From assembly GCF_009914755.1 (NCBI RefSeq), contig NC_060932.1: 64,000 bases of DNA. One strand, written 5' to 3'. Shown here in pieces: positions 33,591-51,605 of the stretch (positions within the stretch are counted from its first letter, which is position 1; each line of letters opens with the position of its first letter). The notes beneath the pieces were generated by a model. The model made no database searches, was not told where the DNA came from, and saw only the letters and a list, made by a program, of their open reading frames with translations. This DNA is from the human T2T-CHM13v2.0 reference genome, Homo sapiens. The translations under genes and the position numbers were made by a program.

Positions 33591-34426
33591 TGTCTTAGTC
33601 CATTTGGGCCTCCATAACAAAATACCATAGACTGAGTAGCTTATAGACAACAGAAATGTATTTCTTATGGTTTTGGAGGCTGGGAAATCTAAGATCAAGG
33701 TACCAGCAGATATCACAAGGCTATCGTAACCATAACAGCATGGTATTGGTATAAAAATCAATACATAGACCAATTTAACAGAAGGGAGAACTCAGAAATA
33801 AAGCCATATACTTACAGCCAACTGATCTTTGACAAAACTGACAAAAACTTACATGGGGAAAAGGATGCCCTCTTCAATAAATGGTGCTGGGAAAGTTGGA
33901 TTAGCCACATGCAAAAGAATGAAATGGAACCCCTATGCCCCTATATCTCACTATACATAAAAAATCAACTCAAGATGGATTAAAAACTTAAACATAAGAC
34001 CTGAAACTCTAAAAATACTTGAAGAAAACATAGGGAAAACTCTCCTGGACTTTGATGTAGGCAAAGAATTTATAACAAAGACCTCAAAAGCACAGGCAAC
34101 AGAAACAAAAATAGACAAATGGGACTTAATTAAACTAAAATGCTTCTGCAATGCAAAAGAACTAATCAAGAGTGAAGAGACCACCTGTTGAACGGGAGTA
34201 AATATTTGACTACTTGCAAACTATTCATCCTACAGGAGACTAATAGCCAGAATATACAAGGAATTCTAATAATTCAACAGTAAAAGAACAAAAAATAAAT
34301 AATTTCGTTTAAAAGTGGGCAAAGGATAAGAATAGACATTTCTCAAAAGAAGACATACAAATGGCCAACAGGGTTAAGATTTCAACATATGAATTTGGGT
34401 GGAATACAAGTGTTTAGACCATAGCA
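33591..34426 (-). mobile_element. MLT1A/A0 solo LTR with its centre replaced by an L1 fragment
   Basis: LTR ends 'tgtcttagtccatttggg..aagatcaaggtaccagcagat' (33591-33711) and 'gggttaagatttcaacatatgaattt..agaccatagca' (34371-34426); approximate 5-bp TSD atctt/atctc. Confidence 0.85.
33715..34372 (+). mobile_element. Internal L1 (L1MA/PB-like) ORF2 fragment, no poly(A)
   Basis: 'acaaggctatcgtaacc..ttcaataaatggtgctggg..ttctcaaaagaagacatacaaatggccaacagg'; truncated at both ends. Confidence 0.9.
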
Positions 34427-34534
34427 ATCTCTTCCCACAAACGTATTCCTCCTCTAGTCTTCCCCAGCTGAGTATGTAGATAGAGCTGACACCATCCAGC
34501 CAGTTATTCAAGCCAAAACCAGCCAGTCATTTGG

Positions 34535-34913
34535 AGCATAGATAATGCTGTGTGTTCACAAACCTATTTCACTTTTTTTTTACCTGAACATACAGCCAGA
34601 TTACATTTCCCAGCACCCCCTAAAGTAACATAGTTATGTCATTGAGCTCTGGCCAGTGGGATTGTAGGTGAAAGTAATGAACTCCACATCTGGCCTGGCT
34701 CCTAAAATGTCCTTTATGATCCTCTATGCTTTCTCTTTATACTCTTTAGAGGCCACCTGTTGAAAATGGAGGCGCCACAAGTTGTGGAGCAGATCTCCCT
34801 CACTCTCCTGTAGACCCATATTGGACTGTGACATGAGCAAGAAAATAGTGGGTTAAGTCATTGAGATTTGGAAAGGGATGCTTGTTACAGCAGCTCCTAC
34901 CCTGCCTAATACA
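34535..34913 (+). mobile_element. MLT1J-like solo LTR
   Basis: 'ttacatttcccagc..ttggactgtgacatgagcaagaaaata..gttaagtcattgagattt..ttgttacagcagc..ctaataca'. Confidence 0.7.
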
Positions 34914-34914
34914 T

Positions 34915-35635
34915 GCTTTTGTTACTTTCATTTTCCTCCCAAGTGCAACCCCTCATCTAAATTCTGAGAATTCTCTCAACACAATATTTCTTCAATTCTT
35001 CCTCTCTTCTTCATCTTCATTGCCAACACTCTAGTCAAGGGTCAACCAAGTCTTACTTGGACATCTGCAATAGCCTTTTTATTTTCATTCTTGTAACCCT
35101 CACGTTTATTCTCTAAACATCCAGAATGATATTCAATAGTTTCTTGTACACTTATAATTAAATCCTCTACTCTCACATGACCTGTATCTCACCCCTTGCC
35201 TACCTCATTCCCCTCTTCATTCACTACACTTCAGCCTTTTTGACCTTTTCTTTACCACCTCAGAGTCCTTACGCATCCTATTGTTCCCTCCCCTGAAGAG
35301 TGCTTACAGTGACTTATGGTATGGCCAATCTCCTTTCATCTTTCAGTCTTATCTTAAGCCTCACTTCATCAAGAAGACCAGTTTTGAGTGCTCAGTCTAA
35401 AGCAGGTCCCCAGATTATTCTTAGTCTTGACACTCTGCTTTTTCCTTCATATCACTTCACAGTTAGTAATTACATATTTATATTTACCTGCTTAAAGTCC
35501 ACCGATTATACAGTAAATTCTGAGACTGTCAGGATCTTATCCATTGTGGTCACCTCTGAATATCCAGCACATGCACAATGCCTGGCACATGGTGGGTGCT
35601 CAATAAATATTTGCTGAATAGATGAATGGATTGAT
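34915..35635 (+). mobile_element. L2 3' portion
   Basis: Ends 'gcacaatgcctggcacatggtgggtgctcaataaatatttgctgaatagatgaatgga'. Confidence 0.75.
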
Positions 35636-36349
35636 GTAAATTGATCACTGACTCTGTCTGGAATTCATCATTTCCTTTTTTTCCCAATACTACATGTTCT
35701 TTCAAATGTCACCTCATTCATCATTATGGGAGCATCTTTTTTTTTTAATTTGCAGGCTCATGTCCAATTTTACCTTATTTATGTTTACAACAGAAAAACA
35801 TTTCTAATAAAAGAAAATGATCAACACAATCCCAATAGCACACTACCAGAACTATTTTCATTATTGCTGTTTGTGTTACAGGGAGGACTATGTAGAAGGA
35901 AATAGATGTTGAGTATCAGCCATACGAGGGTAAATGAGTCTGTGATTCAAGCAGTCAAAGAGAGTTGGATAACATGCTTCAGTAAAAGACTTCCCTAAGA
36001 ACCTTTCCAGAAGTTTCCAGAATGTCATAATCTAGGGACAAAGCTGAATTTGGAAAATGGAATTTAGTCAGGAGCAGTTCTTAGTAATACTTAGATTCTA
36101 CCAAGGGCCTTTCCTGTCATATTTCGGTTTTGTAATTTTTTTTCTTTTGACCACTTGGGGTCCTTGACCTAAGTCAGTTCTTCCTATTACCTCTCAGTCT
36201 TTATCTACACTGTTATATATTTTATATAGTTTAAATAACAAGGTCATGAAATTTATATTTAATTTATATTTTTTATGTTGCTACATAGACTTTCTACCAT
36301 TGTAAAGGTTGAAAAATGAAGCACCAAGTTGGTATATTATTCCTTTGTG

Positions 36350-36600
36350 TGCAAGGCAGCCTAGCATAGAGGCTAAAGACCCTGCTTCACAGCCACACTG
36401 CCTGGGTTCAAATGCCATCTCTGCCACTTACTAGGACCTTGAAAAATAACATGACCTCTTCGTAAAATAGTTTTCTTCATCAGCAAAATGGGACTAACAA
36501 TAATACCTGCTTCATAGAGTTACAATGAGGATTCAGTAAGATATCAGATATAAAATATTTAGATCAGTACTATGAAAATATAGCAATTTTTATCGTTGGA
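36350..36600 (+). mobile_element. MIR
   Basis: 'gcctgggttcaaatgccatctctgccacttactag..aaaatgggactaacaataatacctgcttcatagagtt'. Confidence 0.8.
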
Positions 36601-37684
36601 TATTTATGCTCCTGATTTTTTTAGAAATACCAATAAAACTACAATAAGCAACTTAATGCATAAAGCTATTTTCTTCATTGTTAATCATTTATCTAAAAAG
36701 TTCTTTTCCTTTTCATCGTTTATCCAAAAGACTAAACCATATCCCTCTCTTAGTAACTGTATTTCCTTTAAACAACTGACAATTGGAAGTTAGACTATGA
36801 ACAAGCTTCCATTGGGCCCATGTTAAGTAGCAGGAAAGCATCCATTTATGCTGGGGCTTAAATTCTGAGGTTAGACTCAGAGTAAACAAGCAGGTGAAGA
36901 GGTTGGGATGATGAAAGACAATAGACCATTACCCAAGCCTAATGGTGTTGTAAAGGAGATAAATGTCTTTGAAGTAGCACCCTTAAAACCTGTGACCTTT
37001 AGATTGACCTTTCCTTTCAGATTATGGTATGCAGGTTGTTGTGGAGTCTGTGCAAAGTCAGCAATTAGAAAGATGGACCTTGAGAGAAACAGGTCTTTGA
37101 GGAAGGTGCCTACTCAGAAGTATGACTCTATTTCTTCCACTAGTTACCTATTGGCTTCCAAATTCCCCAATTGCTTTCAAAATGTTGGAGGTCTATGGCT
37201 CACTCTCTCACAGGTGCGCTTTCTCCAAGACAGAAAATGCATTGAGTCTCACCCCATTGTTACAGTCCATGCTGTGAGCACAGAAAAAAATCAACACTGG
37301 AATTTGGACAAATTGCCCTTTACTTGTGGCGAGTAAAGTAAATGGAACAGATGGTTAATAACACTAAACACTAGTCACCTGCAAAGAAAATGGTATCTAG
37401 AAGAATTATTCATTTTGCTAAGGTCATTGAAGAAAATACAGGATTGATGAGTTTGCTAGAAGACACCAGAAACCATACACCTTTGATCAGAATGAATGAT
37501 TTAGTAGGTAATAAAGCACTATGGAGATTATTTGAAACAACTCATATTTATACAGCATGTTAAAGTCTTCAAAAAACTTTCCCTCATGACAATAGTTCAT
37601 CTTCATGCAGAGTTATGAGATGTGAAAGAGGATGATTATTATTCTCCCCGTACCCAGAACCCTTAATATTTATAAGTTAAACCC

Positions 37685-37870
37685 GTGCCATACTGGGTCA
37701 TACTGGAGCCTAAGACAAAAGAAAAAATTCGGCAATACTGATCCTATTTTTATTTAAAATTTTGATATTGTATTCATTATGAATGTTTTGCATTTATTTT
37801 GCAGATTTTAATTTTAAAATATTGCATTAACATATTATTTACTTTGATTACTGAGTTTTTTGATGCTCCC
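37685..37870 (-). mobile_element. MER96-like hAT relic
   Basis: Reverse complement 'caaaaaactcagtaatcaa..tatcaaaattttaaataaaaataggatcagtattg..ttaggctccagtatg'. Confidence 0.55.
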
Positions 37871-40152
37871 CACCCTCTCCATTAATTGTCTATTAGAATG
37901 TCCCTTTTAAATATTATTTTTAAATGTCATTACCCTTACAACCCAACATTATGAGTTAGTAAACTTTGTTAAATGCTATAGAAGTGTGTCAAAATTTTAT
38001 ACCTAGGACATATTCTGCTTTACCTACTACAGCTCAGATGACAGTGAACCATCCCCAAGGAATTGACTATTTTTTCTTATTCTGTTCTTAGTTGAAGTAG
38101 AGAGTAATAGGCGACATGACTGATTTCTGTTTAGTTGGTTTCATTTCTTGTTTAAAAATATTTCACCAAAAAATACTTACACAGAGTTTTATCTTAATCA
38201 AAACTAAGCAGAGTTTATAACGAAGAATGTCTTCCCTGTCACTTTTTCCTAACGTAATTTCCAAGAGCAATATTTTTTAACTTTTAAAAACCATTTCTTA
38301 TATTTCTGCCATTATTTTAAATAAGAATTTACCTCTTGATTTATCAAATAGATGCATTATTTACTGCTGTTATGATAGATATCAAATTCTCTAACCCCAA
38401 TATACCTTTTCCTTTCCTTCACCTTCCCAATACAGTTATCAGAGTTTTTAGTAAAATCAGTAACTGTTGTTTCCATCATCATAACAACATAAAATATTGT
38501 TCTCTGCATAGCAAATGCTACAATATAATTATGCTTCTTGTACTTTTTGATTTTTACTGGTATTACTTAATTACCTCCCTTTTATCATAATCATCTATAT
38601 CTTTTATGAGATAAAAGATACCATATCTATAAACAATATCCTTAGATGTTTCAAACCTCTCCATCATATGCCTATGTTTAAACATACCAGATGATGTATC
38701 AATTTTATGTTGTTCCTGGATACCTTCCTCATGAAATTCTCCCTCCAGTTTCCGAATTCTAAACCGGCTGCTCTCTTAAGGATGGCTGTTATTCTGAACT
38801 TCGATTTTACAAGATCTTGTCTAGAATTTCCTATATTCTGAAGCTCAAGTTTTTCCCTTCCTTATTTTACTCTCTAATTGTGCTGGAACACATAGTTTTT
38901 GCTTCCTCAGTAAAGGTGAGTGAAAGCCAAGTTTTTTAGCATATTATTTAATTCCCATATATTTGAGAATTTTCCAGATTTCCTTATGTCATTGATTTCT
39001 AATTAGTTCCATTTCTAAACATATACTTTGTATGACTCGAATTCTTTCAAATTTATTGAAACATATTTTATGGCCTAGAACATGGTCCATCTTGCTAAAC
39101 TGTGTGTTGATTTGTTTGGTGTGTACTTGGTCCTTGATAAACTTCTTCCCTGTGTACTTGAAAAGAATGTGTATTCTGCTGTTGTTGGGAGGAGCAGTCT
39201 ATAAGTGTCAACTAGGTCAAATTGGTTGATAGCATTGTTCAAGTTTTCTATATGCTTCCTGACTTTCTGTCTTGTTGTTTCATAAACTGAGAAAAGGGCA
39301 TTAAAATCTGTGACTAAAATTGTGGATTTGTCTATTTCTCCTTGCAGTTCTATTGGTTTTTGCTTCAAATATTTTGAAGCTATATTATTAGGTGCAGAAA
39401 TACTTAGGATTGCTGTGTCTTCTTGATTTACTGACTCCTTTATCATTAAGAAATGACCTTCTTTATCCCTGGTCATATTTTTTGCTCTGAAGTTCACTTT
39501 GTCTGATACTAACATAGCCAGTGCAGATTTCTATTAATTCATACTAGGATAGTGTATGTGCTTCCATCCTTTTAGTTTTAATCTATTTGTGTCTTTATTT
39601 TTACATGGGGTTTCTTGTGGGCCACATATAATTGGGGTCTTGCTTTTATATCCAATCTGATTATATCTGCATTATAATTAGGGTGTTTAGAACATTTCCA
39701 TTTAGTATGTTTATTGACATCACCGTCATGATATTTGTTTTCTATTTGTCCTAACTGTTCTTTGTTTACTTTTTCATCCTCTTTTTTGTGCCCTTTTGTT
39801 TTGTATTGAGTATTTTTTATTATTCCATTATATGTCCTTTGTAAACTAATTAGCTGCAATTCTTTATTTTATTATTTTAGTGGTTACTTTGTGGTTTACA
39901 GTATAATCTTTAAGTTATAACAATCTCCCTTCTAGTAATATTTTGCCACTTCTTGTATGGTCTAAGAACCTTACAATAGTTTACTTCTATTTCTCTCTTT
40001 CTAGCCTTTGTGCTAATGTTGTAGTTTATTTTACTTCTACATATATTATGTACCCTACGTGACATTGTTATTATTTTTGTTTAAGCAGTAAATTATCTTA
40101 TAAAGAGATGTAAGCAACTTTTTTAAGTCATGTACTAACCAATGTGGTTACT

Positions 40153-41390
<1,238 letters not shown>

Positions 41391-43104
41391 CTAGTTGCCA
41401 TTTCTGATGCTCATCATTCCTTTGCATAGGTCCATATTTCTATCTGGTATCATTTCCCTTCTGCCTGAAAGGCTTCCTTTAACATTTCTTATAGTCGGTG
41501 GGTGATAGAATCTTTTAAATTTGTATTTCTGAAAATTTATTTAATTCAACTTCAGTTTCTGTTTTGAAAGATATTTTCTCTGGTTATTGGAGTCTAGTTT
41601 GAAATTCTCTCTTTCAATACTATTAAAAATGTTGCTCGACTATCTTCTTGCTTACATTGTCATTGTTTCTAATCAGAAATCTAATCCTAATCTTTCTTCC
41701 TCTGTCTGAAAGGTATCTTTTTTCCTCTGGCTGCTTTTAACATATTTACTTTTTGCTGGTTTTGAACAATTTGATTATGACATACCTGGGTGTAGGTTTT
41801 TTCTTTTTTCTTTTTCTTTGCTTGGATTTGGGTTTGTTGAGCTTCTTGGATCTGTGGGATTATAGTTTTCATCAAATTTGGAAAATTTAGGGCCATTGTT
41901 CTTCAAATGTCTTTCCCTCCATCCTCTTTTGGTGCCCCAATTACCCATAATATTAGGCCCCTTGAAATTGTCCCACCACTCACTGCTGTTCTGTTCATTT
42001 CTTTTGAGTCTTATTTCTGTTTCATTTGTATCATTTCTATTGCTACATTATCAAATTCATTAATATTTTCTTCTGGAGGGTGGTTCCAAGATGGCTGAAT
42101 AGGAACAGGTCCAATCTACAGCTCCCAGCCTGAGCAACACAGAAGATGGGTGATTTCTGCATTCCCAACTGAGGTACCGGGTTCATCTCACTGGGACTTG
42201 TCAGACAGTGGGTGCAGGACAGTGGGTGCAGCCCACCGAGTGTGAACCGAAGCAAGGCATGGCATCGCCTTTCCTGGGAAGCTCAAGGGGTCAGGGAATT
42301 CCCTTTCCTAGCCAAGGGAAGCTATGACAGACAGCAGCTGGAAAATTGGCTCACTCCCACCCTAATACTGTGCTTTTCCAATGGTCTTAGCAAACTGCAC
42401 ACCAGGAGATTATATCCTGTGCCTGGCTTGGAGGGTCCCATGCCCACGGAGCCTCGCTCATTGCTAGCACAGCAGTCTGAGATCAAACTGCAAGGCTGCA
42501 GTGAGGCTGGGGGGAGGGGCACCCACCATTGCTGAGGCTTCAGTAGGTAAACAAAGCAGCCAGGAAGCTAGAACTGGGTGGAGCCCACCGCAGCTCAAGG
42601 AGGCCTATCTGCCTCTGCAGACTCCACCTCTGGGGGCAGAGCAGAGCTAAACAAAAGGCAGCAGAAACCTCTGCAGACTTAAATGTCCCTGTCTGACAGC
42701 TTTGAAGAGAGTAGTGGTTCCCCCAGCACAGAGTTTGAGATCTGAGAACGGACAGACTGCCTCCTCAAGTGGGTCCCTGAACCCAGAGTAGCCTAACTGG
42801 GAGGCACCCCCCAGTAGGGGCAGACTGACACCTCACACGGCCGAGCACACCTCTGAGACAAAGCTTCCAGAGGAACGATCAGGCAGCAACATTTGCCGTT
42901 CAGCAATATTCACTGTTCTGCAGCCTCCACTGCTGATATTCAGGCAAACAAGGTCTGGAGTGGACCTCCAGCAAATGCCAACAGACCTGCAGCTGGGGGT
43001 CCTGACTGTTAGAAGGAAAACTAACAAACAGAAAGGACATCCACACCCAAAACCCATCTGTATGTCACCATCATCAAAGACCAAAGATAGATAAAACCAC
43101 AAAG

Positions 43105-44121
43105 ATGGGGAAAAAACAGAGCAGAAAAGCTGAAAATTCCAAAAATCAGAGCACCTCTCCCCCTCCAAGAGAACGCAGCTCCTCGCCAGCAGTGGAACAA
43201 AGCTGGAAGGAGAAGAACTTTGACAAGTTGAGAGAAGAAGGCTTCAGACGATCAAACTTTTCCGAGCTAAAGGAGGAAGTTCGAACCCATCACAAAGAAG
43301 CTAAAAACCTTAAAAAAATATTAGATGAATGGCTAACTACAATAACCAGTGTAGAGAAGTCCTTAAAGGACCTGATGGAGGTGAAACCCATGGACGAGAA
43401 CTACGTGATGAATGCACAAGCTTCAGTAGCAGATTCTATCAACTGGAAGAAAGGGTATCAGTGATGGAAGATCAAATGAATGAAATGAAGCAAGAAGAGA
43501 AGTTTAGAGAAAAAAGAGTAAAAAGAAATGAACAAAGCCTCCAAGAAATATGGGACTATGTGAAAAGACCAAATCTACGTCTGATTGGTGTACCTGAAAG
43601 TGACGGGGAGAATGGAACCAAGTTGGAAAACACTCTTCATGATATTATCCAGGAGAATTTCCCCAACCTAGCAAGGCAGGCCAACATTCAAATTCAGGAA
43701 ATACTGAGAACGCCACAAAGATACTCCTCGAGAAGAGCAACTCCAAGACACATAATTGTCAGATTCACCAAAGCTGAAATGAAGGAAAAAATGTTAAGGG
43801 CAGCCAGAGAGAAAGGTCGGGTTACCCACAAAGGGAAGCCCATCAGACTAACAGTGCATCTCTCGGCAGAAACCCTACAAGCCAGAAGAGAGTGGGGGCC
43901 AATACTCAACATTCTTAAAGAAAAGAATTTTCAACCCAGAATTTAATATCCAGCCAAACTAAGCCTCATAAGTGAAGGAGAAATAAAATCCTTTACAGAC
44001 AAGCAAATGCTGAGAGATTTTGCCACCACCAGGCCTGCCCTACAAGAGCTCCTGAAGGAAGCACTAAACATAGAAAGGAAAAACTGGTACCAGCCACTGC
44101 AAAAACATGCCAAATTATAAA
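43105..44121 (+). pseudogene. L1 ORF1 remnant (frameshift and stop)
   Basis: MGKKQSRKAENSK.. then a frameshift; second fragment ..IWDYVKRPNLRLIGVPE..FQPRI*. Confidence 0.93.
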
Positions 44122-44183
44122 GACCATCAATGCTAGGAAGAAACTGCATCAATTAACAAGGAAAATAACCAGCTAACATCATA

Positions 44184-48004
<3,821 letters not shown>

Positions 48005-49649
48005 AACAATGAGAACACTTGCACACAGGAAGGGGAACATCACACACCGGGGCCTGTCGTGGGGTAGGGGGAAGGGGGAAGGAAAGCATTAAGAGACATA
48101 CCTAATGTAAATGACGAGTTAATGGGTGCAGCACAAAAACATGGCACAGGTATACATATGTAACAAACCTGCACGTTGTGAACATGTACCCTAGAACTTA
48201 AAGTATAATTAAAATATATATATATATATATATTTTTTTTTTCTTCTGCAATGTCTAATATGTTGGTAATCCTACCAAGTGGGATTTTGATCCCAAACAT
48301 CATGGTTTTGATCTCTAGACTGTGTGGAATACAGTTGTAGCCATTGTTTTAATGTCTTTGCCTGATAATTCTAACTATTGTGTCAGTTCTGCATCAATTT
48401 TAATTGATTGTGTTTTTTTCTCCTCAATATGTGTTGCATTTTCCTTCTTTTTTGTATGTCTAGTCATTTTTGCTTAAATGCTAGACATGATCAATTTTAC
48501 CTTTTTGGATGCTGGATATTTTTATATCTCTGTAAATATTCTTAAACTATATTCTAGAAATTACCTAAAAATAGTTTGATTTCTTGGGGTGTTGCTATTA
48601 ATATTTGATAAGCAAGATCAGAACAGCATTTGATTTAGGGATAATTATTTTCCACTCATAAGGAGAGATCCTTCTGATACTCTTCCTAGTGACATTTGCC
48701 AGTCTGGATGGTAGAAATAGAAACTATTCCTAGACATATGTGAGCTCAAGGTACTGTTACCTCTAATTATTTTATATGTTTTTTTACCCAGCTTCTGCAG
48801 GGATACTGGTCAGTAATTTACTGAATACTTGAGGGGGCCCTTCTGCAGTTCTCTAGAGTTATCTCTCTCTTCTCTCTAGTATTCTGCCCTGTGAGCTCCA
48901 GTTGTTTTGACCTCTCCTGACTGTCAGCTTAATCTCCTTAACCCTTAGTTTAATCTCCCTAAATTCAGTTCCATGGCCAGAAAACTCTCTCAACACAGTA
49001 AGCTGAGGCATACTTAATTGTTCCCCATCTCTCAGGGATCATTGATTTTTTGTTGCCTAGTATCTGATGTCTTGAAAGCATTGGTTTTCAGTTGTTTTGG
49101 ATAAGAGGATAAATTCAATCCCTGTTATGACATCTTATATGGAGGCAGAAGTCCCTCCATTGTCTTTTAGTATTTAATGTTGAGGAATCCAAAGCTTTTC
49201 TCATTTTTGTTTCTTCATATATAATCAGTTTTAGGGGCTCTTCTTTTTATTACTGGTATTCTGGAAATTCTTGAAATTTCATGATGTGTGTCTATTTTTT
49301 TCATTGTACTTGGTTCTCAGTGAGCCTTCTCAGTTTTAAGATTTGTAGTTTTGAGATTTTTGAGGTTTATGTCTTTTTAAGTAATTTTCTTCCTTTGATT
49401 TTTTTCTATCTTTTCTTCTGATCTTATAATCAGTTGAATGGTGGACCTATGTGTCATTTTTTCATTTGTTTTTGTTTTTACCCTTTTTTTCTCCAGAAAT
49501 TGTCTTTACTTTATCTCCCATCCGAGTGATCTCCCTGAGGGATTTTTCAAGGTTTATATAATTTCCTACATTATCTTTGTTTTCTTTGGGTTTCTCTTTT
49601 GATTTATTTTTTCATGTTAGACACTTTTCTCCAATGACTATGTTTTGAA

Positions 49650-51605
49650 TAAGGAAATGTCTAAGGGAGCCTGAATCATGTGGCAATTCCAAATAGTAAA
49701 GAAGCTATCAATGATTACTAATGTCATGTCAGAAGCGTTCAGTAGCCAAACCCACTGACCAAAAGCACAATTTAAGCTTCAATAAATATAATAATACTAA
49801 TGCCTTGGATAGAACAAAGTAAATATTTTTAAATCTATGGGTTCATGAAAACTGTGAAGCAAAACAAAACCTAATTGGTCATCACTGGATGATATTAGTG
49901 AGCCAATTCATTATTTAGAAAATTGCAAAGAGGAAGAATCAAGTACTAATCATACCTTTCCTATATGTAAGCAAATGTCAAATGAGAGGAATTTCCTTTT
50001 TATAGAAACATCCAACTAATAAATGGAAGATGAATAGAATTATAATATCAATATTTTGCATCACCTAATAATGGGTGAGCATCAACAACTGCAAACATCA
50101 GACAAAAAGAGAGAGCCAGATATTATATGTCACCAAATAAAAGAACACAGCACCACCTGAAAATATTTCTTCCCCCAAAATTTCAACCTAAATCTGATCT
50201 GGCCTTTAGATCTAATTTACAGGAAATGCAGAGAATAAAGATGTTAAACTATTCCACAAAGACGTAACCAGTAAATCTTACCATGCTGTCCTGTAGGGAA
50301 ACCCTGGTTTCTTTAACAAATTGCAAACAAAAAAGAGAAAAAGATGGAGAGCGCTCCTATAGATGAAAAGAGCTTAAAAGACATTCCAACTAATTTCAAG
50401 GGACAAATCTAAGTTGAAGCCTGTTTCAAACAAATTATAAAACAAAATTATGATATTTATAAGACAATTTGGGAAAATTTGAACACAGTGTATTGGATGA
50501 TATTAACAAATCATTGTTATTTATTTTGGTTCTGATAATAGTAGTGTGGTTATTTTTCCCAAGAGCCAGTCTGTTTTTTTCTTACTTTAGTAATTGTCTA
50601 TTTATTTTAAGTAGATTAGGAAACAATAACCTGTAAAATAAACCCTGTTTTTCAAGCAGCATTGCTTTGAGAGATGCCCGTGTTTAAAAAGCAAAGCAAT
50701 TAGGGGGAAGTCTCAGAGAAATAATAGTAGAACTGGCAGGAAGGTATGGCACACATTTGTGTAGATGTCATGATGTCATGCCAATTCCTGACATTTGGAA
50801 AGTTCACGGCAGGATTACATTTAGTCATCATGACAACCATAGGAGCCGCTTATTTTGCACCCATTATAAAATGGAAACTGAGGGTTAGAGATTGAAACGA
50901 CCTGTCTGGGTCACATGACTGCTAGTGGTCAGTGACAAAGTTGGGATTCTATTCTGGCCAACCACCCTTCCACCCCTACCTCATTTGTCTAATATATAGA
51001 CCCTGGAGTTACCAGTAAGAATATCTCTGGAAAAGTGAAAAATTCTTCTGGTCCACTTCCTGGTGGCTGTGGTCATTCACCAGATCCCTGTTCCTCTCTG
51101 TTGGGGCTGGTCTGTTGCAGAGAGCACTCAGGAAATCTGCCAGGCCCTCAGCCTAGGCCTCCAACCTAGCCTCCAGCTCTCGTGTGCAGGCAAGAGGGAA
51201 GCAGCCGCATTCAGGTTCCATGGCAGAAAGGCAAGATGGGTCGGGCTGGGTCTCTGCTGCTTTTCCTTCCCCAGTCTCTGGCCTGCAGTCTGCATTCCAG
51301 GAAAGCAGTACAGAAAAAGCAACGGGGATGGTGCAGGGGGATGGGATGCTGTCTGAGTACAGGCTAAGAGCCAGCCTTTTTTAGGAAAACATGAAATAAA
51401 ACCTAAAATATCTAAGGGTGAAATTATATAATGCCTGGTACTTTCTTCAAAATAATACAGGTGGGAGAAATTGGGTAAAAGTAGAGATGATTTGAGATTG
51501 GCCATGAATTGCTAAGCATTGATGCTGAGCAATGGGTGTGTGAGGGTTTATTATAGTCTTCTCTCTACTTTTATATGTTTGAACTTTTCTATAACAAAAG
51601 ACTTT
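49650..51605 (+). mobile_element. L1ME/L1MC 3'-UTR fragments (interrupted)
   Basis: 'aatttgaacacagtgtattggatgatattaa..ttgtt', 'gattggccatgaattg..tctctacttttatatgtttgaa'. Confidence 0.55.

Noticed and set aside
36908-37336. 142-aa plus-strand ORF with an internal acceptor-like site at 37020
   Set aside because: No recognisable homology, no convincing donor and no partner exons.
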